Of a stretch of DNA of 64,000 nucleotides, positions 19,837 through 31,300 are shown in pieces. The first letter of the stretch is position 1. Each line of letters starts with the position of its first letter. A program made the position numbers and the translations under genes. The stretch comes from Candidatus Moduliflexus flocculans (lineage in GTDB: Bacteria > Moduliflexota > Moduliflexia > Moduliflexales > Moduliflexaceae): contig DF820457.1 in the NCBI GenBank assembly GCA_000739515.1, positions 349,804 to 413,803 on the forward strand, in the 5' to 3' direction. The notes under the pieces are model-generated. The model worked only from the letters and a program-made list of their open reading frames with translations, was not told the DNA's origin and ran no database searches.

Positions 19837-20607
19837 ATGAGTGTGCTGGAAGTTTCTCATCTCAAACGAGTATTCGGCGGGTTGACCGCTGTTGATGACT
19901 TCAATCTGACGATTGAGGATGGCGAATTGATCGGTTTGATTGGGCCGAACGGCGCGGGCAAAACGACAGTGTTTAACGTGGTCTGCGGCTTTTATCAGCC
20001 GAGCGGTGGTTCGATTCGATTTCAGGGGCAGGATATTGTCGGCCTGCGCCCACATAAGGTGACGGCAAAAGGGTTAGCGCGCACCTTTCAAAATATCCGG
20101 CTCTGGAACAGCCTGACCGTTCGGGAAAACCTCTGCGTGTCACAATATCACCGCTTGGCGTATCATCTGTGGGGCGCGACATTCCGCACCGCCGCATTTA
20201 AAAATAGCGAAAAAGAGGCGGGCAAAGTGGCGGATAAAATGTTGGAAATTTTGGGCTTGACCGCTTATGCCCACGAATACCCGAAAAACTTGCCCTATGG
20301 CTTGCAGCGCCGGGTCGAAATCGGACGGGCGCTGTCGGTTGACCCGAAACTGCTGCTGTTAGACGAACCCGCCGCCGGAATGAACCCCAGCGAAGTGAAT
20401 GATTTGATCGAATTGATTCACTGGATTCGCAAGCAGTTCAATCTGACGATCTGGCTGATCGAGCATCACATGCGCGTCGTGATGAGCGTCTGCGAGCGCA
20501 TCAAAGTGATTGACTTCGGGCGGGCGATTGCCGAAGGCACGCCGAACGAAATTCAGCAGAATCCACACGTCATTCAAGCCTACCTCGGCGAAGATGACGC
20601 GGCGTAA
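19837..20607 (+). CDS. livG: Branched-chain amino acid ABC ATP-binding protein
   Basis: GPNGAGKTT, RTFQNIRL, LPYGLQRRVEI, LLDEPAAG, C-terminal VIQAYLG. Confidence 0.92.
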   Translation: MSVLEVSHLKRVFGGLTAVDDFNLTIEDGELIGLIGPNGAGKTTVFNVVCGFYQPSGGSIRFQGQDIVGLRPHKVTAKGLARTFQNIRLWNSLTVRENLCVSQYHRLAYHLWGATFRTAAFKNSEKEAGKVADKMLEILGLTAYAHEYPKNLPYGLQRRVEIGRALSVDPKLLLLDEPAAGMNPSEVNDLIELIHWIRKQFNLTIWLIEHHMRVVMSVCERIKVIDFGRAIAEGTPNEIQQNPHVIQAYLGEDDAA

Positions 20608-20714
20608 AATTTATCCCATTGCTCTGTGTCTATTTCCGCCGCAGAGCGGCGAGATGTCGGCATTCCACGCAGAGCGTGGAACGAGATCGTAACAATTCTG
20701 TTCTGCATAGGGAA

Positions 20715-21386
20715 TTAATTCGCAATCTGCGGGGCGCATAAAAAGGCACTGCGGGATGATTTTCCTGTGGCAAAGGCATTGTATAACGCGCTCAACTCGC
20801 GCATGAAGACCCCGATTGACCAGCCATCGTACACAATATGATGGATCGTCAATAAAAAGAGATGTTCCTGGTCGGCGAGACGCAGCAGCGCGACCCGTAA
20901 AAGCGGGCATTGCGCGAGATCGAAGAGATAGCGGGCTTCCTGCTGCACAAGCGTTTGCAGCCTCTTGTCGCGTTCTGCTGCGGGAAACTGGCGGAGATCA
21001 TGAACCGGGAGCGGCAGCGTGAGTGTGGAGAGAATCTGTTTATGTGGCACGCCTTTTATGGCTGTAAAAGATGTACGTAACGTGTCGTGCCGCCGCACAA
21101 TCTCATTCACGCTTTGTTCCAGCGCCGCCACATTCAACTGCCCTTTGAGGCGAAAACCGAATGGGATCGTATAGGTCGGATATCTTTCCTCCAATTCTTC
21201 GAGAAACCAGAGACGCTGTTCAGCAAATGATAACGGTGTTGGCGCGTCGGAACGGGGATGGCGCGGGATGGAGTGTGAAGAAGTTCCGCCCATGTTGAAT
21301 TTTCCCTGGAGGCGTTGTTCGAGCAGAGCTCGTTTCGCATTTGAGAGTGTTAATCGTTTCTGGTATTGTTCACTGATCTCTTTCAT
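20715..21386 (-). pseudogene. Truncated NRPS gene: N-terminal docking segment plus first half of a condensation domain
   Basis: LSNAKRALLEQRL docking-like start, PLSFAEQRLWFL, LRRHDTLRTSF-type motif, HHIVYDGWS; homology stops abruptly after YNAFATGKSS (~20753). Confidence 0.8.
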
Positions 21387-21424
21387 TTTCAGGTTGTTTC
21401 TCAGGCAAAGATTGGTTGCTGTGT

Positions 21425-23005
21425 TTACTTCAAAATCGGAAACGGCACCCAGATGATAGATGGAAAACTAATTCTGTCTGCAACTTCCGAACGTACGCCA
21501 TGCTGATACGTTTGAGTATAAAGAATGGCTAATGGCCCGTCATCAAGGATAATCTCCTGAATTTGGCGATAGAGCGCTTGCCGTTTATCAGAATCAAGTT
21601 CGCTTGCCGCCTGTTCAACTAATTTTGACGTTTGTAAATTGACATAATTACACCACCATGCCACTGCCTGTATTGTCGCGTCATCGCCAGGGCTGTCGCT
21701 ATGAGCGATCGATTTCGCAAGCGCATCAGGGTCAGGATAATCAAACCCCCACTCCCAAACGTACATTTGAAACTCTTTCCGACTGCTAAAAAGTTCTGGC
21801 ATTAATTTTGCGCCTGTTCCCTGATTGATTGTGACTTTGATACCAATATCCCCCAGATTTTTCTTTAATTGCAAGGCTAAATCTATCCAGGGAGAATAAT
21901 TCAAACATTTCAATTCAACATCAAATCCTTCAGGATAACCGGCCTCAACGAGAAGTTGTTTTGCTTTTTCGATATTGTGTGTATAAGGCGTTTCAGGCCA
22001 ATATCCGAAAAGTCCTTTGGGAATGAACGTCTGGATTTTCTCTCCCGTACCTTGCAAAATATTGCTGATGATGCGATCATAATCAACGGCATACCGGATG
22101 GCTTTTCGGACATTCGAATTGCCTAACGGGGGATACGCGTTATTCATGCCGATAAAGGTAAAAAAGAAGGATAATGTATCAAAGATGCGAATATCTTGCG
22201 TGTTTACAAGTTCTTGCACTTGATCTGGCTGAAGATTTAGTGCAACATCAATCTGCCTCTCCTGCAATTGGAGCATTTGTTCTACTGGTTCAGGTACCAC
22301 TTTTACGATAACGCGGTTAAATTTGGGTATGCCTCGTTGATAAAACGTATTTCTTTCCAGCACATAAGATTTATTACGCACCTGTTCTCCCATCACAAAT
22401 GGACCACTTCCAGCAGAATGCTCTTCCAGCCACGCGCTCCCCCAATCATTATTTTGCTCATGCTCTTTAACAATGACAGGATCAAGAATGCTTGCGACCG
22501 GAGGAATTAAACATGCAAGGAATAATTCAGGCGCATACGGCTTATTCAACATCATCTGAACAGTGTACTCATCTATTTTAGTGATTGTTTGCTCCGTCAA
22601 GCCGAACTGGGTTAATACCCAGGATGAAGGATTGGCTAACGCAATCGCACGATGTAATGAATAGACAACAGCATCGGCATTCACAGGATTTCCGGTTGAA
22701 AACTGTGTATTTTTTCGGATGTGAAAAATCCAAGTTTTGCCATCTTCAGACAATTCCCAGGATTCCGCCAGCCCTGGAACTGGTTTGATATAATTATCCC
22801 CTTCAAAAGTCACAAGTGTTTCATACATCTGCCATAACAATACCCAGGCTCCTGCTTCATAGCCCTTCGCAGGATCAAGTGACGCAGTATCATCTTGCTT
22901 GCCGATAATTAAGGTATCTTTTTGCGCCAGGGCATCCACTGAAAACATCATCAAACTCGATAATTGGAAACAGAGAATCAATAGAATCATCCAAAATTTT
23001 CTCAT
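21425..23005 (-). CDS. Orphan ABC solute-binding protein family 5 (peptide/nickel)
   Basis: Signal peptide MRKFWMILLIL..ALA; SLDPA, PGLAESWE, GSGPF, NVRKAIRYAVDY; no permease or ATPase adjacent; start taken at MRKFW. Confidence 0.85.
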   Translation of the reverse strand: MRKFWMILLILCFQLSSLMMFSVDALAQKDTLIIGKQDDTASLDPAKGYEAGAWVLLWQMYETLVTFEGDNYIKPVPGLAESWELSEDGKTWIFHIRKNTQFSTGNPVNADAVVYSLHRAIALANPSSWVLTQFGLTEQTITKIDEYTVQMMLNKPYAPELFLACLIPPVASILDPVIVKEHEQNNDWGSAWLEEHSAGSGPFVMGEQVRNKSYVLERNTFYQRGIPKFNRVIVKVVPEPVEQMLQLQERQIDVALNLQPDQVQELVNTQDIRIFDTLSFFFTFIGMNNAYPPLGNSNVRKAIRYAVDYDRIISNILQGTGEKIQTFIPKGLFGYWPETPYTHNIEKAKQLLVEAGYPEGFDVELKCLNYSPWIDLALQLKKNLGDIGIKVTINQGTGAKLMPELFSSRKEFQMYVWEWGFDYPDPDALAKSIAHSDSPGDDATIQAVAWWCNYVNLQTSKLVEQAASELDSDKRQALYRQIQEIILDDGPLAILYTQTYQHGVRSEVADRISFPSIIWVPFPILK

Positions 23006-23065
23006 AATCATTTCCTCCTTGAATAAGTGATGGTTTATAGAACGCAAGATACTGCGCTTCTGCTT

Positions 23066-26000
23066 TTACACGCTAAACGCAAGTTGTTGAGCCTCTTCTT
23101 CACTCAGGGATTCGATCTCTTCAATGAAGATATTTTCAATATGTGCTGCTAATGTGGCAATGTTATGGGCATCAAATACATCAGAAATCGATAACTCTAC
23201 GCCGAACGCACTTCGTAAATAGGAAACAAGCCGAGTGGCTGTCAACGAATCACCTCCTAATTCAAAAAAATCATCGTAAATTCCCACATATTCCATGTCA
23301 AGCAATTCTGCCCAGAGCTTGCATAACGTCGTTTCAAGTTCTGAATGGGGTTGTACATATGCCGTTTCCAACTCAGGTCGTGTTCTGTCCGGCAAGGGTA
23401 ATGCCTTTCGATCAATCTTTCCGTTTGGGGTGAAGGGAAATTTATCAACGAGGATGAATGTTGATGGAATCATATAATCCGGGAGTTGTTCATGTAAATA
23501 TTCCCGCAATTGAGGGATGAATTTATGTTGTTCCCCCACTCGCAAGGGATTATGAGCGTATGTTGTGTACGGCTTATTTTCAAGAGGTTGGGTAGGAAAT
23601 GCATAAAGCCTCTGCTTTACCTGTGGTTGGTTTTGCTGTTCGTATTTGATAAAAAGAACATCATATAATCCTTCGGGGTCAGCGTTTGCCCAATTCATAT
23701 CAACCTGATAGGGCAAATCATCGCTGAGCGCCCATAAATCTTCAGGATCAATCCCTTGTAATGGAACAATATTATCCAAAAGAGTTCGCAGTTCGCCGAC
23801 CGTTTTGATATTATGATGAGTAAGAAGTTCTGATGCACGTATATCTTTCATCAATCGGGCATTGGCAATACGCTGAATCCCTAAAAAATCAGGAGATTCT
23901 TTTTGTAGTTTCTGGCGGATTGCCTGAACAGTCAATGGTCGCTTTTGCCAATCAATCCAGGTTATTGGCGGGACAGATGGGAGATGAGGAGCCATATAAA
24001 GCATCACATCATATCGAAAACGAGTGAGTTCATTCTGAAAACAACCACGTTTAGGAAGAATTTGGATATGAGTGATTTGCGGAAAATACTGTTGTAATGC
24101 CAGAAAAAATTCTGGCGAAATCACCACTTCATTTTCTTTGTCAAGATGGCGTTGTACTCGCTGCCGCAATTGAGGGATTGATAGTGATGTCGGAGCTTGA
24201 TAGAGTTGCACGGAGAGATGAAACAGTTTTAATAATGGAAGGCTGCGAACATCACCGATAAAAAGAACTCCTCCTGGTTGAGCGGCGTGTATCATTCCTT
24301 CGATTACCTGAAATAAATAGGCAATATCTGGAAAATGCTGTGAAACTGAATTTAAAATCAGAACATCGAAACATGCTGATGGAATTCCTTCGAAGTTGTC
24401 TGCGGTTCGTTGAAATAATGAGACGTGCGGTAATTCATGACCTGGCGTTGCGATGTATTGTCGAATTGCATTCAATGCAATTTTCGAAAAATCAATCCCC
24501 CAATACTGCTGGCAATGAGGGGCAATTCGAAAAAGGAGCAACCCGGTGCCACACCCAATTTCTAACACGTGATTCGGCTGAAGAGATGTTATCCGGCACA
24601 CAGTCTGTTCTACCCATTCGCGCATTTCTTCTGTTGGAATCGGTTGCCTGGTATAGCTGCTATTCCAGCCGGTAATATTAAATGTTGGATCGCTAACAAA
24701 AGCGCCCTGAGTGTAAGTGACATCATATAATTGCTGCCATTGAGAAACTTGCGCGTGTTGAATTGCCGAATCGAGCGTATCCTCCCGATATTCAGCCGTG
24801 TTTGATTTTAACGTGAGGTACGCGATTAATCGTTTTTATCCTGGAATATGTTCCTGAGTGGTTATCACAACGTCGTTTATGACCGGATAGTTTTTTAGAG
24901 CAGTTTCAATTTCTCCTAATTCCACTCGAAAACCTCGAATCTTTACTTGTTGATCGTATCGCCCAAGAAATTCGATATTTCCATCAGGTAAAAACCTTGC
25001 TATATCGCCAGTTTTATACAGCCGCGCAGACGGCTCATCAGAAAACGGGTGCGGGATAAATTTTTCATGCGTCAATTCTGAGGCATGAAGGTATTCACGC
25101 GCTAATCCATCGCCACCAACAAACAATTCTCCTGCCACGCCAATTGGAAGTGGCTGAAGATGCCTATCAAGGATATATGCCTGACTATTCGCAATTGGAC
25201 GTCCGATTGGGATAGAATGGTTTTTGAGAAGTGTCCCTCCTTTCATTGGAAAACAGCATGAAAATGTCGTATTTTCTGTCGGGCCGTATCCGTTAATAAG
25301 AGTGCAATCGGTTAAGGTATGAAGCGCTTTATGAACATGTTCAGGGGATAGCACATCTCCACCCGCTAGAAGCTGGTGTATCGAGCGTAAATCATCAATA
25401 TGTTCTTCAATCATGAGGTGGAACAAGCCGGCAGTCAGCCAAAGCGTGGAAATTTTATGGATGCGAATTGCCTGAGCGATTTGCTTTAAGGATGGTTTGA
25501 CGCCAGGCATCAATACAAGCGTGGCTCCATTTAATAGGCTTCCCCAGATTTCAAATGTTGATGCGTCAAACGAAATCGGGGCTAATTGTAAAATTGTATC
25601 TTCTGGAGAAAATGTAATGTAATTCGTGCCTTTTACAAGCCTGATGACACCTTGATGAACAATACAAACTCCTTTAGGTTCTCCCGTCGAGCCGGAAGTA
25701 TACATAATATATGCGCGAGTACGGGAAGTTACTGCTAAGGGGAGGTTCTCTGAAGATTCCGATGCAATTTCTTCATACGCCACATCAAAGGCTATTGTTT
25801 GAACCTTTCTTAATGGCTGGCGGAAATCGAGCATTTTTTGTGTAATGATGACAGAAAGTTCAGCGTCTTCAATCATCTTTGTCAGGCGTTGATTGGGAAA
25901 TGAAGAGTCTAAAGGCACATAGGCTCCCCCGGCTTTCAGAATGCCTAACAGTCCGACCACCATTTCTATAGAACGTTCAAGGCAGAGTCCGACCGGAACA

Positions 26001-27742
26001 TCTGGCCCGACGCCGTATTTACGCAGGTAATGAGCGAGTTGATTGGCGCGTTGATTGAGTTCCTGATACGTTAAGCGTTCGCCGTTATACACAACCGCCA
26101 CCGCATCCGGCGTCTGGATAACCTGTTCCTCAAATAATTCGTGAATGCACGCATTTTTCGGATAATCGGTGGCGGTCTGATTCCATTCCACAAGGAGCGT
26201 ATGCCGTTCCATGTCGGTTAATATTGGTAAATAGCCGATCCGTTCTTCAGGATTGGCGGTAATTCCTTCCAGCAAGACCTGAAAACGTTCCGCCATGCAC
26301 TCAATTGTTGTTTCATCGAACAGATCGCTGTTGTATTGCCAGTAGGTTAAAAAACTGCCATGATCTTCAAGCATCGTCACCTGAAGGTCTACGAATGTCA
26401 TCATCTGCTCCTCCTGCCCCATTGAAATCATCGTTAATCCGCCGACATCAATCCGTTCGTCCCCCTGCCCAACCAGGAACGGCAGGATATTCTTCTCGCG
26501 CTGAGATTCTTGCAGCATGAAGATCGTCTGGAATAGCGGGGGATGACTGGCGTCTCGATGGAGATGAAGTTCTTTTGCCAACAGATGGGTGGGGTAATCA
26601 GCATGATCGAACGCTTCCCAGATGCCTTGATGCACGCTGCGAAGCAAGGCTCTGAACGTCGGATTTCCAGACAGATCTGCTCTGAGTGGCAATGGATTAT
26701 CAAAAAATCCTACGACACCTTTAAAATGACGATGGCCTTGTTCTGAGGCCGGAATGCCGATAATCATATCTTCCTGGCCAGTATGGCGACGCAAAAACAC
26801 AACATACGCGGAGACTAACAGGGCGTGCAATGTGGTGCGCTCACGTTTCGCGGTTTTGTGAAGCCGCTGCGTCAATGCTGCACTGAGCGGAAAGAAACGC
26901 GATGAGGTATGATAAGTTTGCGCTGGTGGGCGAGGCCGGTCTGTTGGCAGGTGAAGGATCGGCAATTCTCCGTCAAAACGGTGCTGGAAATACGCGCGAT
27001 GCCATTCCCCTTCAGCCCCGGCCAACATGTCGAGTTTCCAGCGGATATAATCGGTATATTGCCTGCTCAACGGCGGTAATGGCGATGGATGGTTTGCAAT
27101 TTCCGCGGCGTACAACACGCCCAATTCGTTTATCAGGATTTCAAGGGAACAAAAATCAGCGGCAATATGATGAATTAACAGCCAAAAAATATACTGTCCT
27201 TTGGGAAGAGAAAAGAGTGAGGCTCTCAGCAGCGGGCCATGCGCTAAATCAAACGGTTGGCTCGCTTTTTCCTGCAAACAGCGGTTGCGTTCTTCCGATT
27301 CCCAGTCAGTGGCGTCAATCACGTCAAAACAGACCTCCTGCTGTTCCTGAATCTGTTGCACGGGTTCGCCATCAATCGTGATATAGGTCGTGCGAAGCGA
27401 AACGTGCCGATCTATTAAGCCTTGCAGCGCCCGCCGAAAGGCAGGAATATCAATTTTCGAAAAAATGCGGGCGTCAAATTTGATGTTGTATGCCTCACTG
27501 TGCGGCGCGCTCTGGTAGAGAACCCACAAGGTTTTTTGAATAGAGGAGAGTGGGTAAAATGGGAGCGAATCACCCTGAGGGCGTCGTAAATACGCCAGGA
27601 GTGTTGTTTCGTAATGATCAAGTTTTGCGCGGAGTTCAGGAGTCAACGCATGATGCGGATCGCGATAATGCAGCCGTTCGCCGCTGACGAATATTCGAAT
27701 GTCAAGGCGATAAATTTCATCAAGAAATTCTGCTAAGGTCAT
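23066..27742 (-). pseudogene. NRPS module TubC_N-C-A(N-methyltransferase-interrupted)-T split by one in-frame TAA (24836-24838)
   Basis: Reading through gives ...QEHIPG*KRLIAYL...DPTFNITGWNSSYTRQPIPTEEMREWV, in frame with ORF 23066-24625; motifs HHIAADF, YTSGSTGEPKG, GYGPTE, LEIGCGTG, LPDYMIP, NGKIDR, GGDSL. Confidence 0.9.
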
Positions 27743-27843
27743 GGAGAGGTTATCCGTTTCGGTGAAAGGTTAATATTCTTTGAAAGACGGCGGTCATAAG
27801 GAATTGATGCTACGCAGTGTCTCCGCGATTCCCCTCCCAGGAT

Positions 27844-28065
27844 CAGGGCTGTGAAGTTCTCAAACGCGCCAACGGCGCGAATCATATTAGCCCAGGGTGA
27901 AACCCTGGGAACAGGAGGTGAGCGGAGGTCGCGCTCTGAAAGAGCGCCTCATTGAAACGCTCTTTCAGAGCGTGACCGCTGAACCGTCTTCTTCCCAGGG
28001 TTTCACCCTGGGCTAACTAATATGATCTGCCCTTTCAGGGCAAACAATAGAACGTAACAGCCCTG
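27844..28065. mobile_element. MITE-like element with imperfect 17-bp terminal inverted repeats and a 9-bp direct repeat
   Basis: CAGGGCTGTGAAGTTCT (27844) and AGAACGTAACAGCCCTG (28049-28065); CTCCCAGGA at 27834-27842 and 28066-28074. Confidence 0.7.
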
Positions 28066-28303
28066 CTCCCAGGAGGGGAATTCGCGGTGATCGATTCTGT
28101 TGCGTAACCATGGTCGCTTAACCAAAGGCGTGTATCGTATTTTTTGATGCTGTCAACAGAATTTTATTGGAATTTTCACGATAACTTCCAGGAAAATTAT
28201 GGATTTTATTGACAATTTCATCCCCTTTTTCATGATGAGTGTCACCTGATGTTACATTGCTTTGCGACCTTGTTGACCGACTTTTTCAGGAAATGAATTC
28301 ACC

Positions 28304-31300
28304 ATGAGTTTACGACGGAAAGTCTTGCTGCGGATTTATTTACTGATCATGTTGATGATTGTCGCCATGTCAGTGACCTACTACTATCTCTTTACGCGCG
28401 ATATTCGCGAGAGATCGCAGCAGAGCATTTCTACGGCGATGACGATGATTTTGGATGATTTTGCCACGAAAGCGCATGACATCCCGATACAAATCAATCA
28501 ATTCCTCGAAAATTCTGTGTCAAAACCATTATATACGTTGCAACTCATCGAACAAGAATTTGATCAGACCGATAAAGAATCGTTACTCTGGTCTGTCAAA
28601 AAAAGCATGACATACATTGATGCGATTGCTTCGCGGATGCGGGATTTTGCCGGATTAGTGGATGCGGCTGAAATTGTCATCTATAATAAACACGGAAAAT
28701 TATTGACCACTTATCGGAATGAGGCTGGAACGATGACGACAGGCGCATTGATTCCGGGATTAAGCGCGGAAACCTTTGTCATATTGAATCCGGGCGACCG
28801 TTGGTATGCAGCCATGCAGACGATAGACGAAATCCCAGCGCACCCGTTGTTAGACAATCTTTCGACAACGTATGCCGACGCTGTGCCAGAACGGCTCTCC
28901 ATTGAATTGAGCCAATTTCAAACATTCCTGGCATTAAAATTTACCATGCCGATTATTGAACGCGGCGAATTACAAGGGATTTGTGTCGTGCAGCGCGCAA
29001 TTCAATCGAAAGATGCCAGGCGATACGCCAGATTAGCAGGTGCAGAGGTCAATATTTTTGTTGGAGAGTCTCTCAGCGTCGGCACGTTGCCCGCTTTTAA
29101 GTCTTTGCCTGCTCCCCAGCGTGATGTTCCACAAGAATTGAATTTTGAAGCGTTTCCTCTTATGCCGGTACTCAGCTTTTCTGAAATGACTGTGCAGGGA
29201 ACGTCGTATTATCAGGGAACATTGACGCTTGGCGATCAACAGTCGCAGATCGGTGCGATGACAATCCATTATCCTCGTTCTTTGGAAGAAAAACAGAAAA
29301 AGAATTTTATTCGGGTGGTGTTTGGCATTGCCGTCATTTTCAGCGCGCTTGCCGTGCTTGAAGCCTTAGGGTTGAGTTCGGCGATTGTTCAGCCGATTAT
29401 GCGTTTAGTGAATGCCATGTCAGAGATGAAACAGGGCAATCTGAACATCGCGGCAAAGGTCGAAAGCAACGATGAAATCGGGCTGCTCGCCGACTCATTT
29501 AATGGTATGATCACGCAGATTCGAGACGATTTCCAGCAGATTGACGAGCAGCGCCAGCGGTTGGAACAGCAGAATGCCGAATTACAACGATTGGATAAAA
29601 TGAAAGACCAGTTTTTGTCCAACACCTCGCATGAACTCCGTACCCCGCTCAACGGCATCGCCGGATTAGCGGACGCCCTGCTGAGCGGCGTTGATGGGGC
29701 GCTGAATCCGGAAGAGCGCAAACATGTGCGCATGATCCTGCAAAGCAGCAAACGCCTCTCGCATTTGGTGAACTCGCTCTTGGATTTCTCGAAAATCCGC
29801 TCGAACAAACTTGAATTGCATATTCGCCCCTTTCCGCTGCCGGAAGTGGTGGAGGTGGCGTTGGCGTTTCTCCGTCCGCAGGCGGATGAAAAGGGGCTTG
29901 AACTGCGGATGGATTTTCCAGAGAATCTGCCGGAAGTGCGTGGCGATCTTGATAAAGTGGAGCAGATTATAACCAATCTGCTCGGCAATGCCGTCAAATT
30001 CACGCGCGAAGGGTCTGTCACCGTCTCGGCGCAACAGGAAGGCGACATGGTCAAAATTCTGGTGAAAGATACCGGCATCGGCATCCCGCGCGAGGCGCAG
30101 GAACGGATTTTTTCGCCGTTCGAACAGGCGGACGGATCCACCACGCGGGAATTCGGCGGCACAGGGCTTGGGCTGGCAATCAGCAAAGAATTGGTGGAAC
30201 TCCATCGCGGCGAGATCGGCGTCATCAGCGAACCGGGCATGGGCAGCGAATTTTATTTCACGCTCCCTGCCGGGGAGACGCTCTGGAATGGCGAGGCGAA
30301 GAGCGTGTCAGAACGCTCCGTTGCCGTTATCTCAGCGCCCGCTGTTGAAGAATTGGAAGGTAACAAAGTGGAAAATCTACCCGCGATCCAGATATCCGGC
30401 AAGGGGCATCGCATTTTAGTGATTGATGATGATCCGACGAATGTCGAGGTCTTAAAAACACAATTAGAACATGTTGGCTTTGAGGTCTGGAAGGCGTCCG
30501 ACGGCAAAGAAGCGTTTGACGTCGTCAACGGCTATACGGTTGATTTGATTCTCTGCGACGTGATGATGCCGTTAGTGGACGGCTACACGTTTGCAATGCG
30601 GATGCGGGAGCGGGAGAATTTGAAAAATATTCCGCTGATTTTCGTCAGCGCCAAAACCCAGAAAGCGGATATTATCAAGGGGTATCAGGCCGGGGCGATT
30701 GATTATCTTGCCAAGCCGGTGGAATCGGATGAACTCCTTTTCAAAGTCAATGCGATTATTAACGCGCAGCAGCATCGTACTGCACATCGCACAGGAGCAG
30801 TCGTCGGTTTGCCTGATACCTTTTATGACACAGACGAAGACAAAGAGCAGCAATTGATGACTGCTCCGCATGGAAATGGCGAAAAAATTCTCGTGGTGGA
30901 TGACGAGCCGATTAACCTCGAAGTGATCAAAGCGCAATTGACGCAATATAACTATCAGGTCGTGACCGCATCAAACGGGAGCGCCGCGTTGGAACTGCTG
31001 GATCGAGAAGAGCCGGAACTTGTGCTGTTGGATTTGATGATGCCCAAAATGTCGGGATTTAAAGTCTGCAAAATCATTCGACGCGACAAAAGACTGATCG
31101 ATCTGCCAATTGTGATGTTGACCGCCAAAAGCAATCTGTACGATAAAATCTATGGCCTGAATATTGGCGCCAACGATTATCTGATCAAGCCATTTGACAA
31201 AGAGGAACTGCTGACGCGAATTTATGTGCTGCTTACGTTGTCAGCGTTGCAGCAGCGGCTTGTAGAGACGAATATCGGGTTGCAGGCAGAAGTGGTGGAA

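Noticed and set aside
20700-20755. IS end at the NRPS2 truncation point
   Set aside because: No matching inverted partner or target duplication was found in the window.
24836-24838. Programmed recoding (Sec/Pyl) in the NRPS
   Set aside because: The codon is TAA, which neither selenocysteine (TGA) nor pyrrolysine (TAG) uses; a point mutation or error is simpler.
29389-30240. Long antisense ORFs (for example 29389-30240, 54890-55576, 1144-1749)
   Set aside because: They lie fully opposite well-supported genes and have no motifs; expected in GC-rich coding DNA.
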